This document shows positions 37,216-50,880 of a DNA stretch of 64,000 nucleotides, in pieces. A program made the translations under genes and the position numbers. The stretch comes from Hydrolagus colliei (lineage: Eukaryota). The notes beneath the pieces were generated by a model, which saw only the letters and a program-made list of their open reading frames with translations, was not told where the DNA came from and did no database searches. The DNA is taken from assembly GCA_035084275.1 (NCBI GenBank), contig CM068750.1, positions 4,526,001-4,590,000 of the forward strand. Reading direction: 5' to 3'. The first letter of the stretch is position 1. Each line of letters opens with the position of its first letter.

Positions 37216-37574
37216 GCCAGGAAAAGCAAAAGCAAAGCTTGCGCTGGCCTTTGAATGACGGAATAGAAGCCATTAACGCTCTACTGCACTGTACCATTGC
37301 AATGTCAATGCAGGGCAGTCGTTTCCTGAAGAGAAGTGCTCTTCGGAATCCAGATAAATGGATGACTGCAGCATATCACTCAGGTTCCCACTTCACAGAT
37401 TACGAGCTCACTCTACACTCGCCTTCTCAAAGCTTTCAAAATGATTTTTGTGTGGCACTATTTATTTTGTAATTGCTGCTTGTTTATTGATACAATCGCC
37501 TGGTGAGGGTCCATATCCTGATTCGCTGATACGCTGTTCAGCATATGGAATGTTTTATAGTACAGTACCATCCC

Positions 37575-37700
37575 TGAGAGAGAAGGGAATAGAAGGTTTT
37601 GAGGGATGAAATAGGAAATTGCAGGGTTATGTAGGGATTATACACTGGCACAGACTCAGTGAGCTGAATTGCCTGTTTGAATGCCTTAGATTCTGTGTAA
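37575..37700 (+). mobile_element. Degraded CR1-like 3' end
   Basis: GGCACAGACTCAGTGAGCTGAATTGCCTG...TAGATTCTGTG, similar to 35225-35285. Confidence 0.65.
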
Positions 37701-39721
37701 TTCACTGCCCTACCTGGGTATTGTATATGGTACTGGGTACCTGGGTCTGATTCATAATCATATACTTAATTAAATGTTCGCTGTGTTCTCTGTGACATAC
37801 AGTATATTTACTTCTGTCTGAGTTCAAAATGAGCAATCTATTGCTTTGTGTTCTGACTCATGGATTGCAGGTGTTTTCTGCTCTCAAAAGGTCTCAAATA
37901 AGTTGAAGGAAAAAGCATCTGGGAGGTTTCTGAACAGAATGGCTGCCCCTCCCTATGTGTATGAATTTGCATGTGTAATAGTTAAAGGGCCATCAATCAT
38001 CTTAAGCTCACATCGTTTCATTTAGAAAGAATTCCGTGTGAATTGCTGCTTGGGCAAAAACCAGTTGTGCCAGCCTGGTGAGCGAGAGTGGACGGTATGG
38101 GACTTCCTCCTGACATGAAAGGCGCTACACAAATGTGACTTCTATTGTTGTTGTTGTGGTTGATTTGCTGCGTCAATCACCCAAATCCCAGCAATTCCCC
38201 GTAACCGTTCCTTTTTGTGTGAGCGCCGTGACACACACATAGCGAATGTACATGTACTGGACTGCCACCCAGAGTGAAAGCATGTACAGTACTCACCACG
38301 CTATCATTAATTACAGTGAACACTTGATAACTGGTCATTCTGAGGGAAAAGGACCTCAGTTGTACGAAGTAGCATATAGATACATAAATAAATGCTGTCG
38401 GGATATTGACATCAATGATGACTTAAGTGGAAGTGACAGGTTAAGCCAGGGTTGAGTTATCAGGGGTCTACTGAAGCCAAATCTGTCAACAGATGCCAAA
38501 GCACACACAAAAACAAATCACTGTGTCCAGGAAAGAAAACCACTCGGTTTCCTTGATGCCTTTCACTTGTACAAACCTCATGGCTATAGCTACAACACAT
38601 CTGCAAACAAGTTAGTTGCATATGTAACATCTGAAGCTCACACTGTAAGTGGGCACACTGGCACTCTTGTTCGGATGCAGCTTGATCAGGATTGAGTTGG
38701 AACTGCAGAGTAGATGTAAATTTCACTGGGGATATCTGACCAACAGCATCAAATTTGTTAAACAATTTTTGTTTCAGCTAAATACCTTCGCTCTGAAAAT
38801 GAAAATCCCCCTTTTTGTTTTCCAAAAAAAAAGGTTTAGGCATCCTCATGTTTCCTCAAGAATAGACATGATATCATGGTGCAGGCACACATTTAAGACC
38901 TTGCCTCATTGTCTGTAAATATTCCAAAGCTGTAGACTGTGATTAAAACACATACAAGCCATGTTTACCATTTTTGTTCAAGAGCAGTCATAAAGCACAG
39001 TCTTGAACAGTGAACTAGCAGCTCCACATCCATGCAACTTGGCTGAAATAATTACCAATCGATTTATCATAGTGGCTCCTGTGCTCTTTGGAGGAAAACC
39101 AGCAAAGGACAGCCTCTCTCTCTCTCTCTACCCCCCATTAGACCTTCATAGGAGGCTGACAGCATGTGAGGATTCACTACGCAACCTCTTGTGAGAGTCT
39201 AAAAATAGAGCTTGTTCCAGAATTTACTGTAAAAATCAAGACATGCTCACGCTGAGTTTATTTGTTTGCTATACAGTATATCATGTGGGACTGGGCTATT
39301 TATGTTGTAAATGGCCTCATTTACACAATCAGCATTGCAAACTCTGAGCACTGGCGGCAGAGTGAACTCACACTGCTCATTGATAATGCAGGTTGATACA
39401 CTGTCTAACTTCAGCAATGGGGGGTCCATAAATACAGAGTATTGGGAATCTGATCTCTCGGTCCTGAGAGTTTGAGGAGACTGAGATTGCAAAATATGGC
39501 AGGAATCCATCAAAATGTACTACTGCACCATTTAAAGCGACACCACCCAACAGTAACAGTGACCAAGAACCCCAGTGGTCACTTACTGTGTACTGTTCAG
39601 TACTCTGTACTAATGTTTGCTTGCCTGCCTAACCACATGAGCAGGAATGGTACACAAGAGTTTAGGCATCGTCTCCTCAAAATTCATTATACACAACAGA
39701 TACTGGCAGTCTCTGGATATA

Positions 39722-40292
39722 CAATAATAATCCTTGTATTTGATACAGCGCCTTATTAAGTCTTCGCGACATCTCAAAGCGCTTCACGGAAAATACTGTA
39801 AAGTGAATTAATTGTATATTTTATGGGTGAAAAGCGACAGCCAATTGCGCACAGCAGTCGTGGATTGAAATATTATGCATGCAAAATACTAGTTAATATG
39901 TTGATATGTTAATATGTTACTAGTTAATATACTACCATGTGATAACAGTGTGATTAAAAAATAAGATGCCGCTCATGAAGCGATTCACTAACAGAGAGAC
40001 TCAAAACCCGTCAATATCTTGGAAACTGCAATGGTTAATTCACATGGGAACTCCATTGTACAGCCCCAATAAAAACCAATTACCCGGATTGTGTACACAT
40101 GGCTCACATACATTCTCAGATTTATACAGTAATGTGATAGAAACTCCAGCATTCACAGCATCACCTGGTACTGTACTGGCCCACTAAATACTGTATATAG
40201 TCAATTTGTTCTACAGTGTATTCCGTGAAGCACTTTGAGACATCGTGAAGACGTGTTAAGCCACTATCAAATGCCAGGATTATTCTTATTAT
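39722..40292. mobile_element. Inverted SINE fragments (- 39722-39872; + 40180-40292)
   Basis: Family motifs in opposite orientations, separated by unique sequence. Confidence 0.82.
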
Positions 40293-41192
40293 TAATCTTG
40301 CATTGTCATAGCCACAGGACTCAGAATTTCTGGCAATACAATACACGTCTGTCCCCATGGAAATATGTGATACAGTTTCAGTGTTAACTCTGTAACATAG
40401 AAGCAGATACTGATGGGTGTTATATAACAGTAAATACAGTACTGTGATATTGTATATGTTGCTGAGCTGTACTTTCCTCTCTCGCCCCTTGTCTGCATAG
40501 ATTTTGTTTTGTGAATTAGGATCATTTAAAAACAAGATAGATTAGTGCATTGATATTATGCAGCAAGTCACAAAAAAACCACCTCCACCATTGCAGTAAT
40601 GAGCCCTTCTGCCCTGAGTGTGCCCACAAAACTATGCAATGGGCGAGGATTTCTGAAGCTCTATTGTTAATCACACTGTGTGACTGTACTAATAAAAACT
40701 AAGCAGTGAAAGACCCACACCTACTCTGAAGACAAATACTCTGCTGATTTGTTCCACATGTACAAGGATGGATAGTGCCATGGTCTACCACAATGGACTT
40801 CCTTCATACGTTTCAGAACAGCCATTTGTTGTCATAGCACCAAAACTCGCAATGTTGACTACCATTGTTTGACAGATTGAAGTGAGCCCTTTAGATTGTA
40901 TTGTTTGGCCACCTGTGAGTCTCACCAGCTGGGTCAGGCAAGTTAAGAAGCTATTTTATTGCTACGGGAGTCTGCTATAAACTTATTTAAATATGAGTGA
41001 GCTGCATTTTCCCAATCTAGTTTCAGGGCTGCTGCTCAGATTATTCCTATGTGGATTTTCCCAATCCCATTATTGGAAGAAATGATCAGAAAGTAATCCT
41101 CGATTCAAAGCTGGTACATGTTGTGACATTTTCTCAGGAGGTTAAGTTCTCAAATGGATCTACTGTATACGGGAACCAACTTGTTGCACATA

Positions 41193-41385
41193 TCACAAGA
41201 TCACAAGATCGGTCTGGATGAAGAATGCCTTTTGGCCCATCTGATCTCAACCCTGCAGAACATCGACCCGACCATTTCCCCACCAATACATCAAGTTGCT
41301 TTTTCAATCAGTCTAGTATCTTGTCCTCTCCCAACTTTTCTGGCAACATGTTCCAGTCATTGACTATCCTCTGTTTAAAGAAATG
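41193..41385 (-). mobile_element. Old CR1-like 3' fragment
   Basis: Reverse complement has GATGGGCCAAAAGGC and an (ATCTTGTG)2 terminus. Confidence 0.5.
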
Positions 41386-44300
41386 AATAACTTGAAAACT
41401 GTTAAAATGCTTTCGGTAATGTTCTGGTACCCTGTACGCACCGGGTCACTCGGCCTCCCGTATGAAATAATTATAAATCCAAGTTGTTGTTGTTGAAGAG
41501 CATTATTTAAGGTGTGATTACGTAAAGTATTTGTTCAAATTTGGTTTCTGTTTTTTTTCCACATTTCTGTTTTTTTATTCCATCTTGGGATTTTATAACC
41601 AACGCAAAAACAAAGAAGGCATATTTACAAAGAAGGTATATTCACATTCTGTTTGTATGAAACAGAGTGTGAAATATATAATAATAATAATACTTGCATT
41701 TGATAAAGTGTTTTTTATGTCTTCTAGATGTCTCAAAGGGCTCAAAGCAAATACGGTCATAAATTAACCATGTGTTATGTTTCATGTTTCTGTCATGACT
41801 AAATCAATAATGGATTTGTGTCCACCCTTCCTCAACAGCATAGACTTGTTATTCCATTATAACGTAAATCAGACGTACAATAAACACAATCACAGAGGTT
41901 GAGGAGCAGCAAGGAACCTGCTGTGTTTTAGTATCTGAATAAAGTGCAACTTTTACCTCTTCCATCTCCTTAATACGTCACATAAGGAAAATGCTGCAGA
42001 GATCTTTTATATATATATATATAATTTTCATCTAATTTAGTTATTTTTTGCAGCCGCCTCCACTTTTCTCTCTTCTTCCCCTGAAGATGCGCACTCTTAT
42101 TGGAACTACAGTTCCAAGGGTGCTGAGAGCCTAAACAAATGCCTGTGCGGAAACAGCATCTGAATTAAGTTTGGATGAAAAGAATTAACAGAGTGCAACA
42201 AGAGTCATATAGGCCACCACTTCAGTGGTCACAAAATAATATGTGAAAGTATTGATCTTGTCAGGAAATAGTACTCAGATATTGACTGACAGCCCAGTGG
42301 ATAAATACACTGTATGGTACGGTACTGAGCCATAGAGATCATACAGGTTCCTATAGAATACAATACAAAATAACATTTGTACAGCGGCTTTCATGTCAAA
42401 CAACGTTCCAAGGCGCTGTACAGTCAGGGGTATGTTTGATAACTGCCATATATATATATATTATATATATATATATTATCTATATATATATACACCTGTG
42501 AAGGTTCTGTAATTGTCCTCAGCACTCCCGAGCTAGGACTAGGACATGACAGGATGTGGGGAGGAGAAGGGAGAAGAAAATAAATTAGCCAACATCTTGC
42601 TCGTAATTCATAACTTGTAAACATCCTCCCCTCCACTCCCTGGAAAGAGGACGGTTGTTTGCTTCCTAGAACAAGTAGTGTATGGATCGAATAGGATGAA
42701 TAGATAAATAGAAAGGGCAGAGCAAAAAGTACTGTATTGGTGTGATTCCTTTTAGAACAACATAAAACAGATATGCTCACAACTATTTTTGACTTGCGTT
42801 GACTCGATATATACAGTATATATATATCTATATAATTATAGCAAAGCGTAGATTTGTACCAAATATATGCAGCATATCCAAAACTGTTCATTAAAGAAAC
42901 ATTGATCTCATAAATAAATTGACAAAGATTTCTGATATGGGAATGACTTATTGTCATACATTTCAGCCCAACCTCATATAAACCTCACCTGAACTCAGCT
43001 TGCAGTTGTTAAGATTCGATACTCGCTTGATATCTAGACCTAAAAACTCTGAAATGCATTTAATGGAACCATTTACTGTACATCTAAGGACATATTTCAA
43101 AGGACTAAAATAAAACTGAACTTAGCCCTAATGATACGCGTTCCTGCTTTATGACAGGCCAGTCCTGAAAACCTTTGCCGCAGACTGTAATGCTGTTAAA
43201 TCTGAACTGCACTCTGCAATCTGAGAACTCAGGACATAGCAATGAACTGAAGCTGGCACTTACCCAGAGCTATTCCCTCGCAGTCAGACATTGTACAGAG
43301 TAAAAGGCTTGTTTTCCACCCTGTTTCCTTCCCGCGTTGATTCCCGAACCACAGGAAAGCCTAAAGTTCACGGATATCTCTGCTGTTGTGTGTGTGTGTG
43401 TGTGCTGTGGACAGTAATAGTCTCCAGCTGCAACTTCAGAGAGCTGGCCACTTCTGGTCATGGAAACAAACAGTACAGCTTCTCATTATGGGACGTAAAG
43501 AATGCAATTCAATGCCAGAACTCTCCGCTGCTATTGGTAGGTAAAATTATCTTTTTCCCACCCACTTCAGAACTCCAGCCCCAAGGTCACTAAGTCGGAT
43601 GAGGTTGATGAATAGCCATTGAAATATTAATAAGGTATGAAAGTGTGCTTCGTGCTCCGATGGGAGAGCTTAAAAAGTCTTTTTTGGGGAAAAAAAATGG
43701 GGTTCTTTATCGCCATTGATATCCTATCTGTCAAAGTGATGGAGCTCCATTTGCTGCAGTTTACAGTCCAGTGTATAAACACAGGGATCAGTGAGTCAGG
43801 CTGCAAGTATGCACCAGGAAGAGATACAGCATTAAAGAGAAAAAAAAGATGTAGTCTGAAAGAAAAGTGTGTACAGCACTCAGCGTACAAGGGGGAGAGG
43901 AGATCTCCTTCATGTCAAACTGACACATTAATCCAGGACAGACACTGTTAATGGGTAACCCACCTGTCAGGCACATCACCGAGACACCGCAATACAGGCA
44001 GGTCCACAACCTTGGGAGGCAAGGCCACAATAGATAGGGTGAACTGAGGTTCAGAATCTACAGTGGTAGTTAACCAGAGAGCTGTCCTGCGATATGAACA
44101 CATCAGATGGAGTGACTGAGACTCACTTCACCAGGGAGGCCTGGTCGCAGAGATTTGTTACCTGGTTCCCAAAGGCCTACAGAGGCAGTGTACTAATTGG
44201 ACCCAAAGCCCTCGATATTTGCTATCTCACTGGGACGTTTCCAGCAAATTGCTGTTTGTTGCTGTCGAATGAGGCTTTGGTCTTACAGAATGTAAACTGT

Positions 44301-44833
44301 GACCACTGTCTTTTGAAATTATTTTTTTGCAGAAACTGGGGAATGCCGTTGATTTACCCCATCAGGTTGTAACATTTCCAAAGCCTGAAACGTATCCGAC
44401 TGTGACAGTTCACTGAGTGGGCAGTGTACTGTTCCCCGGAGTCACAGGAACATGCTGCAGAAAGCCGGTGAGAGGACTAATTGCAGAAACAAGAACGGCT
44501 CCACTCCCCTTACAGCACGATTATTTTGTGGTAGATGCAGTGCGGATCAATACTAATAAGTGCTTTCTTTATGCGAGTCTACAGTGCACTAATCATCAGA
44601 TAATCCAATTCTTTTGCAATTGACGTGGTCTCTTTTCTCCCCAGGTTTCTCATTATAACGAGGATTTGGGAGCGAGTTATATTCAGAACTGTACAATATT
44701 TTGCTGGACAAGCTGTTCAATGGTCACAGGACATTGCACATTGACAGTACACAACACGGTACAGTACAAACGCACCTTTCACGTCAGGATGACTTCTCAA
44801 TGTGTATCACAGTGCTGGGGAGAGGGTACAAAG

Positions 44834-45144
44834 AATAAATAATAATCCTCGCATTTGATAAGGAGGCTCTTCACATCTTCTAGACGTCTCAAAGCGCTTC
44901 ACAGAATATACTGTGAAATGAATTGACTGTATATTTGTGGGCGAAGCACGGCAGCCAATTGCAATCAGCAGCATCCCACAAACAGTCATGGATTGAAGTG
45001 ACTAGTTTATTATTTTTTTCTTGAGGGACTATTATCAGGTGTGTTGGAGTAAGGAAACCTGCCCAAGGTTTAGCTCTGCCGAGAATCAAACCCAGTTCTC
45101 TCGCTTGTGAGGTGAGTGCTCTAACCTCTGAACTACAGAATTCC
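44834..45144 (-). mobile_element. tRNA-derived SINE, full length
   Basis: Head (TAGTTCAGAGGTTAGAGCAC..GGTTTGATTC), body and tail present. Confidence 0.9.
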
Positions 45145-45944
45145 ACACAAGCAATAGTCAACTGATCTCCTCTCCAGCTTCTGTCTCTTTGCCTCCTTAA
45201 ACTTTATATGTTCTTTTTAATATACAGCGCTAGGTTGGTGTTAACACATTATGTTTTTTGTGTAGGGAAATTCAGAAGGGGGTTGGCTTTCATAGATTTG
45301 TGGGATGAATCCAAGGTAGACTGTGTGTCTCAGCTTTTTTTTAATGTGACCTTCAAATGCAAGATTGAAGAATTTTGGGAAAGATGCCAAATAAATGAAA
45401 GATTGCGACTGATTGCAGCCTCATTCGTTGTCTTACCTCCTTAATTCTGTTTCTGTGTCACTCTTTTGCACGTGCTCATCAATCCCCGCTTTTGCCACTG
45501 TAACTACGAGTAAGATCATGGAGACGAATTGCCAGCCTAGAGGCAGAAATGGTTACTGTGCAGCTTACAAGTATAGAGCAGAGCGAGGTATGTGTCATAG
45601 TAATTGCCATCGGGGCTTTGGCTTGTAGAGTTGAGCTTGCATTTACACTTCAAAGGCTAATTGACAGGTTTGTCAATCATCATCTCCCATAGAGGTGTGG
45701 CTCTTCAGAATCAGTTCCACCTTGGGAATTTTCCTTCCCCGAAGAGGACATTCTTTTACATCCCGAAACAGATGACGGTCAACAGACCAGACGGGCCTTC
45801 TGTTGAGTTTAAACGCGAAGAAATATACAACAACTCAAGATTATCTTGAGAATAAAAGAGTTTGAACGAACACAGGTAGTTAACAGACAGCTTCAAATTT
45901 GGAACCAAGCACATGTGTTCTGAAGAGCGCCACAATAAAAGATA

Positions 45945-46210
45945 ATACTAATAATGATAATAATCTTTGCATTTGATATAGCGTTTTTCACATCTTCTAG
46001 ACATCTCACAGAGCTTCATGAAATATACTGTAAAGTGAATTGACTGTATATTTGTGGGCGAAACTTAGCAGCCAATTGCGCACAGCAATGTCCCAGAAAC
46101 AGTGGTGAATTGAAAATGACCAATTTATTATTGTTTTTTTGGGGAGGGATTATTATTAGGCGTGTGGAGTAAAGAAACTTGCCCAAGGTTTCGACCTGAC
46201 TGGATTCAAA
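45945..46210 (-). mobile_element. SINE lacking most of the tRNA head
   Basis: Body and tail match the family. Confidence 0.9.
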
Positions 46211-46686
46211 ATTTTAAACATGTTAAATGATTAACTAAACCTACCTGAATCGAGGTTACAGAAAGAGAGAGAGACACACGCCAAGAAACCCTGTTTATTA
46301 TGAGAGACTTATTGAAAATGAATTAAGTTACAAAAGTAAGTGAATAATTTATTATTAGTGTAAGTGAGCTCCTAGCTGAGCTGTGAAACTCGGCTCCCGC
46401 ACCTCACTGACTGCCTATTTTATAGGTCACGGAGACACAATTAAGGTTTCACTACTATAATTTCCTGAATGAATAACTTTGGTCTCACTCATTTTGCAGA
46501 CGCTTTCATCTCTAAGTGGTTTACTGATGTGAGTGCATTGAGGTTTTACACACTACACTAATTATTGGCAGTTGGGGGGTGGGGGGGGAGGTCTAACCTG
46601 ATCTTGCTGCATAGTAAACAGACATGAGGATAGCGAATAAGGAGTATCATTAACACCAAAGTGATCAAATATTCCATATCTTGCCT

Positions 46687-46726
46687 GGGGCTGTTCATAT
46701 CACCTTTGTGTGATATGAACAGCCCC
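46687..46726. repeat. Perfect 17-bp inverted repeat with a 6-nt loop
   Basis: GGGGCTGTTCATATCAC-CTTTGT-GTGATATGAACAGCCCC. Confidence 0.95.
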
Positions 46727-46863
46727 GGTGAGTATTAAGCCACCAAAGAAGCTAGTGCACAGCTTTTGAGTGTCAAATGGTTCTCCTTTCCCGGATTTCT
46801 GTTGTGGTGATAAATACATGGAATTATTTCAGCCCAGCTCCTGTGGCTGTGTGTTGGAGGATA

Positions 46864-46975
46864 AATAATAATCCTTGCATTTGATATTGCACTTTTCACA
46901 TCTTCTAGATGTCTCGAAGCACTTCACAGAATATACTGCAAAGTGAATTGACTGTATATTTGTGGGCAAAACACG
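46864..46975 (-). mobile_element. SINE 3' fragment
   Basis: Family tail motifs. Confidence 0.88.
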
Positions 46976-48304
46976 ATTTCCCATTGACTGTAATAGCACG
47001 ACTGAGTCAGTTGTGTATCAACTCTCATTGGTTTTTTTACTGGATTCGTTGAGCTCTGTATGATGCCAGGTCACTACAGTACGATGTAAGCATTAAAACA
47101 GGCACAGACCCAAAACACCTTCAAACAGCATTGCTACCCCCAGTCACCTTCAGTGATTTTGCCTCACTGACTGTACCACTGAGACCGCCTTGAAATTTAC
47201 CATCGAGGTGTTTTTTTTGCCTTTACCTTCATTCAAACATGGGAAGTGCAATAGCCAAAAAACAGTTCTGAATTCTCTGTATCCCATCAGCGTTTTAATT
47301 GCATTGATTTTCTTCAATGCTTCTGCAAATTGAAGGAGAGGGGGAAACAAATATATTGTCTCCAGTCAGCTTACTTGGTGCCATCATTATTCCATTGCAG
47401 AATTGAAGCAATTTTGCCTACTCCAGGCCTGAGCTACCAGCTCAATAGTTTCACAGTCTCAAAGAGAGAGAGTTACAGCACCTGAAGTTATGAAGGGAGT
47501 AAGTTAGTTCAATGACTCTATTCTTACCTGTTTTACATTATTTTAAATGCTGAATAATGGTAAATAATAAGTTCATAATCATTGGGAACAAAATGAAACT
47601 ATTTGAGATTATACGTTTATGTGACCCTCTCAGTTACTTTTTTTTCTTGCTTTTTACTCTCTGTCTGTCTTCAGGTGCGTATTGACGATCTCACAATGCT
47701 ATTCAATAAAATGAGTCAGTTTCCTGGCCAATGAGGCAACAATGAACGTTTGTTCTTTCTCTCTCTCTCACTCTCTTTCTCTCTTTCTCTTGCTCTAAAC
47801 ACATACAGTCTTCAGAATGACCTATGACAATTGGTCTCACAACTTTGAAACCTTGAAAGAACAGTAACTTCTCATTCCCTACTGGAATGCAATAAAAACA
47901 CTCTTCCAGCGAGCCATACACAAAGGTTAATAAAAAATGAAAGCATAATTAAAGTAATAGGTATGTCCAAGGTCAATTGCTCAGTGTGCTATAGCAACCT
48001 CCTGGAACAGTGTTGGAGACGAAAGAAAGCCCACAGAATATAGTTCGAGGACAAAGTGAAGTCAGCGATGACGCAAAGATTGATTTTTTTTCAAACGCGG
48101 ATAATTTAAAATTGCTTTTGATTTGAGAGGACGATAATGTGGTGTAAAACAGCACCCTATCATTTCCCTAATTTGCCTCCTCTCTTATTTTTTTTAATCT
48201 ATTTTTGTTACTGAAGCTATTGTGTCCTTATCCATCCCCGACCTTCCCCAAGACCAACACAACTTAGCATTATTCGGAAAAGGGAACACTCCCTTAGGCA
48301 ATTT

Positions 48305-48430
48305 GGTTGTTCATCTCATGGATGTTTGTGAGATTCCGCTGCATGCATAATGCCTCCTGGGTTCGCCTACAAAATATAGTGCTATACTTGACAGTAATTA
48401 CCGTGAAGCCCAGGTTGGAGATGTTTTGAC
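48305..48430 (+). mobile_element. Old Deu-domain SINE fragment
   Basis: TTCATCTCATGGATGTTTGTGAGATTCCGCTGCATGCATAATG..GTTCGCCTACA resembles the DeuSINE core 3' part. Confidence 0.45.
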
Positions 48431-49237
48431 AAAAAATTCAAGCACTTGTTCTTCATTTGTGGTAGATGACTTTCCTTCTGCCAGAGATTAATTGGTCAGA
48501 GGGCCCCTCTGATGTAGCATAGCCTGTCTGTAGAAAGAGATTGCTTAAGAATCCTAACTGTTCTATGGGGCCGCATCATTATAATTGTTAATGAATTGTG
48601 ATACTTCGGTAAATCTCTTCCTTGGCATATGTAGCTTAATACAGGTGGAATATTTCTGACAAATCAACCTTTTTACGGAGGAAGCAGACATGATTAAGCC
48701 CACTTCAAAATAGGCTCAATTGTGCAGGCGTTTGCAATATGTTTTTAAAAATCCCAAATCATTACTGAGCTTAATTTACTTTGTTACGTCCCTAATGATC
48801 GGTTTTAATTAGTGATCTTCAACATGGCCAGTGTTTGGAAAAACTGGAATCTAAATTGAGGCAATTTAATAATCTTCAACAATAGTGCACTGTCTTACAT
48901 TTTGAAACAAAAGTGTCCTTCCAGACTGAGGCTAGATGGATTAGGGGCCTCAGTGAAGAGAGGTATAGAATCTCCTGTGGTTGAATAGACAGCAAATACT
49001 CAACGTCTAGGGTCATGCGTGAAAATGGACACTTAGTGTAGAGCAGCTGGAGCTGTGGTATTGAGATGAGGAGAGAGAATTGGAAAGGAATTAAACCAAA
49101 ATGACAACTTGCACCTGAATATATTTTAGGACATTTTCCAGGCATGGAATACATGAAACCCGCTCTGGGTAATTTACTCACATTTGTTTGTTCTGCTTCA
49201 GCAAAGATGATTTTAGCGTGATATCATTTTAAAAGAG

Positions 49238-49628
49238 AACAACAACAAAATGACATTTATGGAGCGCCTTTCAAGTCGGGAGGACATCCCAAGGCGCTGA
49301 ACAGTTAGGTCGGGACCCGAGCGAGTGTTGGGGGAGTCAGGATAGGGGGCAGGAGAGTAGGGAGAGTTAGGAGGGGAGCAGAAGGCACGGTCGAAGAGGA
49401 AAGTCTTGAGACCGGCCTTAAAGCAGGAAAGAGAGGAAGCGAGGCGAAGGGATTGCGGGATGGAGTTCCAAAGTGTGGGGGCAGGGAGGCTGAAAGCCCG
49501 GCCACCGATGGTAGGGTGGTTCGGGCGGGGGACATGGAGCAGGCCTGTGCCCGCTGAACGGAGGGGACGGGCAGGCTGATAGGGAGACAGTAGATCAGAG
49601 AGATAGGCAGGGATAAGGCCATGAATGG
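49238..49628 (-). mobile_element. 5'-truncated L2 LINE
   Basis: IHGLIPAYLSDLLSPYQPARPLRS...GGRAFSLPAPTLWNSIPQSLR...LKTFLF, with the same tail. Confidence 0.95.
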
Positions 49629-49766
49629 TTATGATATTGTTAGAATGTTGGAAGGTGTTGGACTCATGCAGGTTCATGAACACTAAATTCTAGTGTGCAA
49701 TTGAATTTCTTCTCCAGTAGTATTTCATCCCTTTTCTAGCGTACGCATAGATAGAGAAACGTAGAT

Positions 49767-49870
49767 GGAGTCCTGTATTTGTAAGAGCACTTGTCTCAGA
49801 ATTGAGAGAAACCAGGTTCGATTCCCAGTCCCAGAGTGAAACCTTAGGCAAGTTTCCTTACTCCACAAAG
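49767..49870 (+). mobile_element. Diverged SINE head
   Basis: B box GGTTCGATTCCC followed by GAAACCTTAGGCAAGTTTCCTTACTCCAC. Confidence 0.75.
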
Positions 49871-50672
49871 CTTCTGCTTACATCGCAGGAAGTAGGAACC
49901 CGGTCGTTAGTCAATTGGTGGATTGAGTTGTAGTGCCGTATATGTAACTCTGGTAAAATGGGTTATTTATGGCTCCACAGGCAGAAGCAGAAGGTCTGTT
50001 TTATTATTGCGCTGAAAGCTGAAGCAATCATGACTGGCCCGTCCACCATGATTAAGCCATTCTGTTTACAATCCCTCATTCAGCTGATCTGCTCATAGAA
50101 CACACTGGGACATTGATGCATCAAGACAGTTACACACTGAACTACAGTTCGTTCCTCCTCCCTTCTCCCCTCCCTCCCTCCCTCCCACACGCGCACACAC
50201 ACATTTTGATACATTTATTTTAGCTCCTAATCATTTTCAAATCTTTGACACATTACTTGTATTAAAACATAGTTTATCGAAAGGAGGGATTTTGACAAAA
50301 ATCTCTATTGGTGTAACTATTGAAGCTCCGCTGCACTAGATTAGAAATGCAGCCTGTGCTGGGAAGTAAATTGAACGCCAGTGGTTTCACTCACGGGTTT
50401 GCGATTTTTGTGCAGATGTTCAGGATTGTGCAGAGTTGAGTAACGTAAAATAATTTCTCTAAGTTACATCGTCAATTCTGCCCGGGGCACAGCTCTGCTT
50501 TTTTTTTTACTGGCATCTAGAAAGCCTGTCCACATCATGTAAAATTTATTTGTGTCCTGGAGCAATGTACAACATTGTCCCAGGATTGTAACTAAAAAAC
50601 AGTATGAAGGGATCTGCTGCTTGAGAGCATTACTGTAATCCTGATGGGTCTAAACTAGCCCTGTAGCCCTGT

Positions 50673-50880
50673 GGAGCCCTGTAGCTCAGTGGTTAGAACA
50701 CTCGCCTTGCAAGCGAGAGACCTGGGTTCAATTCCAGGCAGGATGAAACCTTGAGCAAGTTTCATTACCCCTAATCATCACACCTAATAATAATCCCTCA
50801 AAAAAAAACAATAATAATTTGATCACTCAATCAACGACTTTTTGTGGGACACTGCTGTGTGCACTTGGCTGCCGAGTTTG
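50673..50880 (+). mobile_element. SINE head and body, 3'-truncated
   Basis: GGAGCCCTGTAGCTCAGTGGTTAGAACACTCGCCTTGCAAGCGAGAGACCTGGGTTCAATTCC...GGGACACTGCTGTGTGCAC. Confidence 0.92.

Noticed and set aside
42424-42957. 177-aa ORF
   Set aside because: AT-rich and includes (TA)n translation; not protein-like.
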